Of a stretch of DNA of 64,000 nucleotides, positions 24,701-36,500 are shown piece after piece (positions within the stretch are counted from its first letter, which is position 1; every line of letters starts with the position of its first letter). The DNA is from the human T2T-CHM13v2.0 reference genome, Homo sapiens. The DNA is taken from the NCBI RefSeq assembly GCF_009914755.1, contig NC_060943.1. One strand, written 5' to 3'. The notes under the pieces are model-generated. The model had not been told where the DNA came from and did not search any database. It was given only the letters and a program-made list of their open reading frames with translations. Made by a program: the position numbers and the translations under genes.

Positions 24701-27700
24701 AGGCCTTCGTTGGAAGCGGGATTTCTTCATATTCTGCTAGACAGAAGAATTCTCAGTAACTGCCTTGTGTTGTGTGTATTCAACTCACAGAGTTGAACGA
24801 TCCTTTACACAGAGCAGACTTGAAACACTCTTTTTGTGGAATTTGCAAGTGGAGATTTCAGCCGCTTTGAGGTCAATGGTAGAATAGGAAATATCTTCCT
24901 ATAGAAACTAGACAGAATGATTCTCAGAAACTCCTTTGTGATGTGTGCGTTCAACTCACAGAGTTTACCCTTTCTTTTCATAGAGCAGTTAGGAAACACT
25001 CTGTTTGTAAAGTCTGCAAGTGGATATTCAGACATCCTTGAGGCTTTCGTTGGAAACGGGATTTCTTCATATTCTGCCAGAAAGAAGAATTCTCAGTAAC
25101 TTCCTTGTGTTGTGTGTATTCAACTCACAGAGTTGAACGATCCTTTACACAGAGCAGACTTGAAACACTCTTTTTGTGGAATTTGCAAGTGGAGATTTCA
25201 GCCGCTTTGAGTTCAATGGTAGAATAGGAAATATCTTCCTATAGAAACTAGACAGAATGATTCTCAGAAACTCCTTTGTGATGTGTGCGTTCAACTCACA
25301 GAGTTCAACCTTTCTTTTCATAGAGCAGTTGGGAAACACTCTGTTTGTAAAGTCTGCAAGTGGATATTCAGACTTCTTTGAGGCCTTCGTTGGAAGCGGG
25401 ATTTCTTCATGTTCTGCTAGACAGAAGAATTCTCAGAAACTTCCTTGTGTTGTGTGTTTTCAACTCACAGAGTTGAACGATCCTTTACACAGAGCAGACT
25501 TGAAACACTCCTTTTGTGGAATTTGCAAGTGGAGATTTCAGCCGCTTTGAGGTCAATGGTAGAGTAGGAAATATCTTCCTATAGAAAGTAGACAGAATGA
25601 TTCTCAGAAACTCCTTTGTGATGTGTGCGTTCAACTCACAGAGTTTAACCTTTCTTTTCATAGAGCAGTTAGGAAACACTCTGTTTGTAAAGTCTGCAAG
25701 TGGATATTCAGACCTCCTTGAGGCCTTCGTTGGAAACGGGATTTCTTCATATTATGCTAGACAGAAGAATTCTCAGTAACTTCCTTGTGTTGTGTGTATT
25801 CAACTCACAGAGTTGAACGATCCTTTACACAGAGCAGACTTGAAACACTCTTTTTGTGGAATTTGCAAGTGGAGATTTCAGCCGCTTTGAGTTCAATGGT
25901 AGAATAGGAAATATCTTCCTATAGAAACTAGACAGAATGATTCTCAGAAACTCCTTTGTGATGTGTGCGTTCAACTCACAGAGTTCAACCTTTCTTTTCA
26001 TAGAGCAGTTGGGAAACACTCTGTTTGTAAAGTCTGCAAGTGGATATTCAGACTTCTTTGAGGCCTTCGTTGGAAGCGGGATTTCTTCATATTCTGCTAG
26101 ACAGAAGAATTCTCAGTAACTGCCTTGTGTTGTGTGTATTCAACTCACAGAGTTGAACGATCCTTTACACAGAGCAGACTTGAAACACTCTTTTTGTGGA
26201 ATTTGCAAGTGGAGATTTCAGCCGCTTTGAGGTCAATGGTAGAATAGGAAATATCTTCCTATAGAAACTAGACAGAATGATTCTCAGAAACTCCTTTGTG
26301 ATGTGTGCGTTCAACTCACAGAGTTTAACCTTTCTTTTCATAGAGCAGTTAGGAAATACTCTGTTTGTAAAGTCTGCAAGTGGATATTCAGACCTCCTTG
26401 AGGCCTTCGTTGGAAACGGGATTTCTTCATATTATGCTAGACAGAAGAATTCTCAGTAACTTCCTTGTGTTGTGTGTATTCAACTCACAGAGTTGAACGA
26501 TCCTTTACACAGAGCAGACTTGAAACACTCTTTTTGTGGAATTTGCAAGTGGAGATTTCAGCCGCTTTGAGGTCAATGGTAGAATAGGAAATATCTTCCT
26601 ATAGAAACTAGACAGAATGATTCTCAGAAACTCCTTTGTGATGTGTGCGTTCAACTCACAGAGTTCAACCTTTCTTTTCATAGAGCAGTTGGGAAACACT
26701 CTGTTTGTAAAGTCTGCAAGTGGACATTCAGACTTCTTTGAGGCCTTCGTTGGAAGCGGGATTTCTTCATATTCTGCTAGACAGAAGAATTCTCAGTAAC
26801 TGCCTTGTGTTGTGTGTATTCAACTCACAGAGTTGAACGATCCTTTACACAGAGCAGACTTGAAACACTCTTTTTGTGGAATTTGCAAGTGGAGATTTCA
26901 GCCGCTTTGAGGTCAATGGTAGAATAGGAAATATCTTCCTATAGAAACTAGACAGAATGATTCTCAGAAACTCCTTTGTGATGTGTGCGTTCAACTCACA
27001 GAGTTTGCCCTTTCTTTTCATAGAGCAGTTAGGAAACACTCTGTTTGTAAAGTCTGCAAGTGGATATTCAGACATCCTTGAGGCATTCGTTGGAAACGGG
27101 ATTTCTTCATATTCTGCCAGAAAGAAGAATTCTCAGTAACTTCCTTGTGTTGTGTGTATTCAACTCACAGAGTTGAACGATCCTTTACACAGAGCAGACT
27201 TGAAACACTCTTTTTGTGGAATTTGCAAGTGGAGATTTCAGCCGCTTTGAGGTCAATGGTAGAATAGGAAATATCTTCCTATAGAAACTAGACAGAATGA
27301 TTCTCAGAAACTCCTTTGTGATGCGTGCGTTCAACTCACAGAGTTTAACCTTTCTTTTCATAGAGCAGTTAGGAAACACTCTGTTTGTAAAGTCTGCAAG
27401 TGGATATTCAGACATCCTTGAGGCTTTCGTTGGAAACGGGATTTCTTCATATTCTGCTAGAAAGAAGAATTCTCAGTAACTTCCTTGTGTTGTGTGTATT
27501 CAACTCACAGAGTTGAACGATCCTTTACACAGAGCAGACTTGAAACACTCTTTTTGTGGAATTTGCAAGTGGAGATTTCAGCCGCTTTGAGGTCAATGGT
27601 AGAATAGGAAATATCTTCCTATAGAAACTAGACAGAATGATTCTCAGAAACTCCTTTGTGATGTGTGCGTTCAACTCACAGAGTTTAACCTTTCTTTTCA

Positions 27701-27764
27701 TAGAGCAGTTGGGAAACACTCTGTTTGTAAAGTCTGCAAGTGGATATTCAGACATCCTTGAGGC

Positions 27765-27781
27765 TTTCATTGGAAACGGGA
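27765..27781 (+). promoter_or_regulatory. Mutated CENP-B box, G5>A
   Basis: TTTCATTGGAAACGGGA is a CpG transition in the core. Confidence 0.88.
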
Positions 27782-30700
27782 TTTCTTCATATTCTGCTAG
27801 AAAGAAGAATTCTCAGTAACTTCCTTGTGTTGTGTGTATTCAACTCACAGAGTTGAACGATCCTTTACACAGAGCAGACTTGAAACACTCTTTTTGTGGA
27901 ATTTGCAAGTGGAGATTTCAGCCGCTTTGAGGTCAATGGTAGAATAGGAAATATCTTCCTATAGAAACTAGACAGAATGATTCTCAGAAACTCCTTTGTG
28001 ATGTGTGCGTTCAACTCACACAGTTTAACCTTTCTTTTCATAGAGCAGTTAGGAAACACTCTGTTTGTAAAGTCTGCAAGTGGATATTCAGACCTCCTTG
28101 AGGCCTTCGTTGGAAACGGGATTTCTTCATATTATGCTAGACAGAAGAATTCTCAGGAACTTCCTTGTGTTGTGTGTATTCAACTCACAGAGTTGAACGA
28201 TCCTTTACACAGAGCAGACTTGAAACACTCTTTTTGTGGAATTTGCAAGTGGAGATTTCAGCCGCTTTGAGTTCAATGGTAGAATAGGAAATATCTTCCT
28301 ATAGAAAGTACACAGAATGATTCTCAGAAACTGCTTTGTGATGTGTGCGTTCAACTCACAGAGTTCAACCTTTCTTTTCATAGAGCAGTTGGGAAACACT
28401 CTGTTTGTAAAGTCTGCAAGTGGATATTCAGACTTCTTTGAGGCCTTCGTTGGAAGCGGGATTTCTTCATATTCTGCTAGACAGAAGAATTCTCAGTAAC
28501 TGCCTTGTGTTGTGTGTATTCAACTCACAGAGTTGAACGATCCTTTACACAGAGCAGACTTGAAACACTCTTTTTGTGGAATTTGCAAGTGGAGATTTCA
28601 GCCGCTTTGAGGTCAATGGTAGAATAGGAAATATCTTCCTATAGAAACTAGACAGAATGATTCTCAGAAACTCCTTTGTGATGTGTGCGTTCAACTCACA
28701 GAGTTCAACCTTTCTTTTCATAGAGCAGTTGGGAAACACTCTGTTTGTAAAGTCTGCAAGTGGATATTCAGACTTCTTTGAGGCCTTCGTTGGAAGCGGG
28801 ATTTCTTCATGTTCTGCTAGACAGAAGAATTCTCAGAAACTTCCTTGTGTTGTGTGTATTCAACTCACAGAGTTGAACGATCCTTTACACAGAGCAGACT
28901 TGAAACACTCTTTTTGTGGAATTTGCAAGTGGAGATTTCAGCCGCTTTGAGGTCAATGGTAGAATAGGAAATATCTTCCTATAGAAACTAGACAGAATGA
29001 TTCTCAGAAACTCCTTTGTGATGTGTGCGTTCAACTCACAGAGTTTAACCTTTCTTTTCATAGAGCAGTTAGGAAACACTCTGTTTGTAAAGTCTGCAAG
29101 TGGATATTCAGACCTCCTTGAGGCCTTCGTTGGAAACGGGATTTCTTCATATTATGCTAGACAGAAGAATTCTCAGTAACTGCCTTGTGTTGTGTGTATT
29201 CAACTCACAGAGTTGAACGATCCTTTACACAGAGCAGACTTGAAACACTCTTTTTGTGGAATTTGCAAGTGGAGATTTCAGCCGCTTTGAGGTCAATGGT
29301 AGAATAGGAAATATCTTCCTATAGAAACTAGACAGAATGATTCTCAGAAACTCCTTTGTGATGTGTGCGTTCAACTCACAGAGTTTACCCTTTCTTTTCA
29401 TAGAGCAGTTAGGAAACACTCTGTTTGTAAAGTCTGCAAGTGGATATTCAGACATCCTTGAGGCTTTCGTTGGAAACGGGATTTCTTCATATTCTGCCAG
29501 AAAGAAGAATTCTCAGTAACTTCCTTGTGTTGTGTGTATTCAACTCACAGAGTTGAACGATCCTTTACACAGAGCAGACTTGAAACACTCTTTTTGTGGA
29601 ATTTGCAAGTGGAGATTTCAGCCGCTTTGAGGTCAATGGTAGAATAGGAAATATCTTCCTATAGAAACTAGACAGAATGATTCTCAGAAACTCCTTTGTG
29701 ATGTGTGCGTTCAACTCACACAGTTTAACCTTTCTTTTTATAGAGCAGTTAGGAAACACTCTGTTTGTAAAGTCTGCAAGTGGATATTCAGACATCCTTG
29801 AGGCTTTCGTTGGAAACGGGATTTCTTCATATTCTGCTAGAAAGAAGAATTCTCAGTAACTTCCTTGTGTTGTGTGTATTCAACTCACAGAGTTGAACGA
29901 TCCTTTACACAGAGCAGACTTGAAACACTCTTTTTGTGGAATTTGCAAGTGGAGATTTCAGCCGCTTTGAGGTCAATGGTAGAATAGGAAATATCTTCCT
30001 ATAGAAACTAGACAGAATGATTCTCAGAAACTCCTTTGTGATGTGTGCGTTCAACTCACACAGTTTAACCTTTCTTTTCATAGAGCAGTTAGGAAACACT
30101 CTGTTTGTAAAGTCTGCAAGTGGATATTCAGACCTCCTTGAGGCCTTCGTTGGAAACGGGATTTCTTCATATTATGCTAGACAGAAGAATTCTCAGTAAC
30201 TTCCTTGTGTTGTGTGTATTCAACTCACAGAGTTGAACGATCCTTTACACAGAGCAGACTTGAAACACTCTTTTTGTGGAATTTGCAAGTGGAGATTTCA
30301 GCCGCTTTGAGGTCAATGGTAGAATAGGAAATATCTTCCTATAGAAACTAGACAGAATGATTCTCAGAAACTCCTTTGTGATGTGTGCGTTCAACTCACA
30401 GAGTTCAACCTTTCTTTTCATAGAGCAGTTGGGAAACACTCTGTTTGTAAAGTCTGCAAGTGGATATTCAGACTTCTTTGAGGCCTTCGTTGGAAGCGGG
30501 ATTTCTTCATATTCTGCTAGACAGAAGAATTCTCAGTAACTGCCTTGTGTTGTGTTTATTCAACTCACAGAGTTGAACGATCCTTTACACAGAGCAGACT
30601 TGAAACACTCTTTTTGTGGAATTTGCAAGTGGAGATTTCAGCCGCTTTGAGGTCAATGGTAGAATAGGAAATATCTTCCTATAGAAACTAGACAGAATGA

Positions 30701-33544
30701 TTCTCAGAAACTCCTTTGTGATGCGTGCGTTCAACTCACAGAGTTTAACCTTTCTTTTCATAGAGCAGTTAGGAAACACTCTGTTTGTAAAGTCTGCAAG
30801 TGGATATTCAGACATCCTTGAGGCTTTCGTTGGAAACGGGATTTCTTCATATTCTGCTAGAAAGAAGAATTCTCAGTAACTTCCTTGTGTTGTGTGTATT
30901 CAACTCACAGAGTTGAACGATCCTTTACACAGAGCAGACTTGAAACACTCTTTTTGTGGAATTTGCAAGTGGAGATTTCAGCCGCTTTGAGGTCAATGGT
31001 AGAATAGGAAATATCTTCCTATAGAAACTAGACAGAATGATTCTCAGAAACTCCTTTGTGATGTGTGCGTTCAACTCACAGAGTTTAACCTTTCTTTTCA
31101 TAGAGCAGTTGGGAAACACTCTGTTTGTAAAGTCTGCAAGTGGATATTCAGACATCCTTGAGGCTTTCGTTGGAAACGGGATTTCTTCATATTCTGCTAG
31201 AAAGAAGAATTCTCAGTAACTTCCTTGTGTTGTGTGTATTCAACTCACAGAGTTGAACGATCCTTTACACAGAGCAGACTTGAAACACTCTTTTTGTGGA
31301 ATTTGCAAGTGGAGATTTCAGCCGCTTTGAGGTCAATGGTAGAATAGGAAATATCTTCCTATAGAAAGTACACAGAATGATTCTCAGAAACTGCTTTGTG
31401 ATGTGTGCGTTCAACTCACAGAGTTCAACCTTTCTTTTCATAGAGCAGTTGGGAAACACTCTGTTTGTAAAGTCTGCAAGTGGATATTCAGACTTCTTTG
31501 AGGCCTTCGTTGGAAGCGGGATTTCTTCATATTCTGCTAGACAGAAGAATTCTCGGTAACTTCCTTGTGTTGTGTGTATTCAACTCACAGAGTTGAACGA
31601 TCCTTTACACAGAGCAGACTTGAAACACTCTTTTTGTGGAATTTGCAAGTGGAGATTTCAGCCGCTTTGAGGTCAATGGTAGAATAGGAAATATCTTCCT
31701 ATAGAAACTAGACAGAATGATTCTCAGAAACTCCTTTGTGATGCGTGCGTTCAACTCACAGAGTTTAACCTTTCTTTTCATAGAGCAGTTAGGAAACACT
31801 CTGTTTGTAAAGTCTGCAAGTGGATATTCAGACATCCTTGAGGCTTTCGTTGGAAACGGGATTTCTTCATATTCTGCTAGAAAGAAGAATTCTCAGTAAC
31901 TTCCTTGTGTTGTGTGTATTCAACTCACAGAGTTGAACGATCCTTTACACAGAGCAGACTTGAAACACTCTTTTTGTGGAATTTGCAAGTGGAGATTTCA
32001 GCCGCTTTGAGGTCAATGGTAGAATAGGAAATATCTTCCTATAGAAACTAGACAGAATGATTCTCAGAAACTCCTTTGTGATGTGTGCGTTCAACTCACA
32101 GAGTTTAACCTTTCTTTTCATAGAGCAGTTGGGAAACACTCTGTTTGTAAAGTCTGCAAGTGGATATTCAGACATCCTTGAGGCTTTCGTTGGAAACGGG
32201 ATTTCTTCATATTCTGCTAGAAAGAAGAATTCTCAGTAACTTCCTTGTGTTGTGTGTATTCAACTCACAGAGTTGAACGATCCTTTACACAGAGCAGACT
32301 TGAAACACTCTTTTTGTGGAATTTGCAAGTGGAGATTTCAGCCGCTTTGAGGTCAATGGTAGAATAGGAAATATCTTCCTATAGAAACTAGACAGAATGA
32401 TTCTCAGAAACTCCTTTGTGATGTGTGCGTTCAACTCACACAGTTTAACCTTTCTTTTCATAGAGCAGTTAGGAAACACTCTGTTTGTAAAGTCTGCAAG
32501 TGGATATTCAGACCTCCTTGAGGCCTTCGTTGGAAACGGGATTTCTTCATATTATGCTAGACAGAAGAATTCTCAGGAACTTCCTTGTGTTGTGTGTATT
32601 CAACTCACAGAGTTGAACGATCCTTTACACAGAGCAGACTTGAAACACTCTTTTTGTGGAATTTGCAAGTGGAGATTTCAGCCGCTTTGAGTTCAATGGT
32701 AGAATAGGAAATATCTTCCTATAGAAAGTACACAGAATGATTCTCAGAAACTGCTTTGTGATGTGTGCGTTCAACTCACAGAGTTCAACCTTTCTTTTCA
32801 TAGAGCAGTTGGGAAACACTCTGTTTGTAAAGTCTGCAAGTGGATATTCAGACTTCTTTGAGGCCTTCGTTGGAAGCGGGATTTCTTCATATTCTGCTAG
32901 ACAGAAGAATTCTCAGTAACTTCCTTGTGTTGTGTGTATTCAACTCACAGAGTTGAACGATCCTTTACACAGAGCAGACTTGAAACACTCTTTTTGTGGA
33001 ATTTGCAAGTGGAGATTTCAGCCGCTTTGAGGTCAATGGTAGAATAGGAAATATCTTCCTATAGAAACTAGACAGAATGATTCTCAGAAACTCCTTTGTG
33101 ATGTGTGCGTTCAACTCACAGAGTTCAACCTTTCTTTTCATAGAGCAGTTGGGAAACACTCTGTTTGTAAAGTCTGCAAGTGGATATTCAGACTTCTTTG
33201 AGGCCTTCGTTGGAAGCGGGATTTCTTCATGTTCTGCTAGACAGAAGAATTCTCAGAAACTTCCTTGTGTTGTGTGTTTTCAACTCACAGAGTTGAACGA
33301 TCCTTTACACAGAGCAGACTTGAAACACTCCTTTTGTGGAATTTGCAAGTGGAGATTTCAGCCGCTTTGAGGTCAATGGTAGAATAGGAAATATCTTCCT
33401 ATAGAAAGTAGACAGAATGATTCTCAGAAACTCCTTTGTGATGTGTGCGTTCAACTCACAGAGTTTAACCTTTCTTTTCATAGAGCAGTTAGGAAACACT
33501 CTGTTTGTAAAGTCTGCAAGTGGATATTCAGACCTCCTTGAGGC

Positions 33545-33561
33545 CTTCGTTGGAAACAGGA
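33545..33561 (+). promoter_or_regulatory. Mutated CENP-B box, G14>A (copy at 47145)
   Basis: CTTCGTTGGAAACAGGA. Confidence 0.88.
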
Positions 33562-36500
33562 TTTCTTCATATTCTGCTAGACAGAAGAATTCTCAGTAAC
33601 TTCCTTGTGTTGTGTGTATTCAACTCACAGAGTTGAACGATCCTTTACACAGAGCAGACTTGAAACACTCTTTTTGTGGAATTTGTAATTGGAGATTTCA
33701 GCCGCTTTGAGTTCAATGGTAGAATAGGAAATATCTTCCTATAGAAACTAGACAGAATGATTCTCAGAAACTCCTTTGTGATGTGTGCGTTCAACTCACA
33801 CAGTTTAACCTTTCTTTTCATAGAGCAGTTAGGAAACACTCTGTTTGTAAAGTCTGCAAGTGGATATTCAGACCTCCTTGAGGCCTTCGTTGGAAACGGG
33901 ATTTCTTCATATTATGCTAGACAGAAGAATTCTCAGTAACTTCCTTGTGTTGTGTGTATTCAACTCACAGAGTTGAACGATCCTTTACACAGAGCAGACT
34001 TGAAACACTCCTTTTGTGGAATTTGCAAGTGGAGATTTCAGCCGCTTTGAGGTCAATGGTAGAATAGGAAATATCTTCCTATAGAAAGTAGACAGAATGA
34101 TTCTCAGAAACTCCTTTGTGATGTGTGCGTTCAACTCACAGAGTTTAACCTTTCTTTTCATAGAGCAGTTAGGAAACACTCTGTTTGTAAAGTCTGCAAG
34201 TGGATATTCAGACCTCCTTGAGGCCTTCGTTGGAAACGGGATTTCTTCATATTATGCTAGACAGAAGAATTCTCAGTAACTTCCTTGTGTTGTGTGTATT
34301 CAACTCACAGAGTTGAACGATCCTTTACACAGAGCAGACTTGAAACACTCTTTTTGTGGAATTTGCAAGTGGAGATTTCAGCCGCTTTGAGTTCAATGGT
34401 AGAATAGGAAATATCTTCCTATAGAAACTAGACAGAATGATTCTCAGAAACTCCTTTGTGATGTGTGCGTTCACCTCACAGAGTTCAACCTTTCTTTTCA
34501 TAGAGCAGTTGGGAAACACTCTGTTTGTAAAGTCTGCAAGTGGATATTCAGACTTCTTTGAGGCCTTCGTTGGAAGCGGGATTTCTTCATATTCTGCTAG
34601 ACAGAAGAATTCTCAGTAACTGCCTTGTGTTGTGTGTATTCAACTCACAGAGTTGAACGATCCTTTACACAGAGCAGACTTGAAACACTCTTTTTGTGGA
34701 ATTTGCAAGTGGAGATTTCAGCCGCTTTGAGGTCAATGGTAGAATAGGAAATATCTTCCTATAGAAACTAGACAGAATGATTCTCAGAAACTCCTTTGTG
34801 ATGTGTGCGTTCAACTCACAGAGTTTAACCTTTCTTTTCATAGAGCAGTTAGGAAACACTCTGTTTTTAAAGTCTGCAAGTGGATATTCAGACCTCCTTG
34901 AGGCCTTCGTTGGAAACGGGATTTCTTCATATTATGCTAGACAGAAGAATTCTCAGTAACTTCCTTGTGTTGTGTGTATTCAACTCACAGAGTTGAACGA
35001 TCCTTTACACAGAGCAGACTTGAAACACTCTTTTTGTGGAATTTGCAAGTGGAGATTTCAGCCGCTTTGAGGTCAATGGTAGAATAGGAAATATCTTCCT
35101 ATAGAAACTAGACAGAATGATTCTCAGAAACTCCTTTGTGATGTGTGCGTTCAACTCACAGAGTTCAACCTTTCTTTTCATAGAGCAGTTGGGAAACACT
35201 CTGTTTGTAAAGTCTGCAAGTGGATATTCAGACTTCTTTGAGGCCTTCGTTGGAAGCGGGATTTCTTCATATTCTGCTAGACAGAAGAATTCTCAGTAAC
35301 TGCCTTGTGTTGTGTTTATTCAACTCACAGAGTTGAACGATCCTTTACACAGAGCAGACTTGAAACACTCTTTTTGTGGAATTTGCAAGTGGAGATTTCA
35401 GCCGCTTTGAGGTCAATGGTAGAATAGGAAATATCTTCCTATAGAAACTAGACAGAATGATTCTCAGAAACTCCTTTGTGATGCGTGCGTTCAACTCACA
35501 GAGTTTAACCTTTCTTTTCATAGAGCAGTTAGGAAACACTCTGTTTGTAAAGTCTGCAAGTGGATATTCAGACATCCTTGATGCTTTCGTTGGAAACGGG
35601 ATTTCTTCATATTCTGCTAGAAAGAAGAATTCTCAGTAACTTCCTTGTGTTGTGTGTATTCAACTCACAGAGTTGAACGATCCTTTACACAGAGCAGACT
35701 TGAAACACTCTTTTTGTGGAATTTGCAAGTGGAGATTTCAGCCGCTTTGAGGTCAATGGTAGAATAGGAAATATCTTCCTATAGAAACTAGACAGAATGA
35801 TTCTCAGAAACTCCTTTGTGATGTGTGCATTCAACTCACAGAGTTTAACCTTTCTTTTCATAGAGCAGTTGGGAAACACTCTGTTTGTAAAGTCTGCAAG
35901 TGGATATTCAGACATCCTTGAGGCTTTCGTTGGAAACGGGATTTCTTCATATTCTGCTAGAAAGAAGAATTCTCAGTAACTTCCTTGTGTTGTGTGTATT
36001 CAACTCACAGAGTTGAACGATCCTTTACACAGAGCAGACTTGAAACACTCTTTTTGTGGAATTTGCAAGTGGAGATTTCAGCCGCTTTGAGGTCAATGGT
36101 AGAATAGGAAATATCTTCCTATAGAAACTAGACAGAATGATTCTCAGAAACTCCTTTGTGATGTGTGCGTTCAACTCACACAGTTTAACCTTTCTTTTCA
36201 TAGAGCAGTTAGGAAACACTCTGTTTGTAAAGTCTGCAAGTGGATATTCAGACATACTTGAGGCCTTCGTTGGAAACGGGATTTCTTCATATTATGCTAG
36301 ACAGAAGAATTCTCAGGAACTTCCTTGTGTTGTGTGTATTCAACTCACAGAGTTGAACGATCCTTTACACAGAGCAGACTTGAAACACTCTTTTTGTGGA
36401 ATTTGCAAGTGGAGATTTCAGCCGCTTTGAGTTCAATGGTAGAATAGGAAATATCTTCCTATAGAAAGTACACAGAATGATTCTCAGAAACTGCTTTGTG

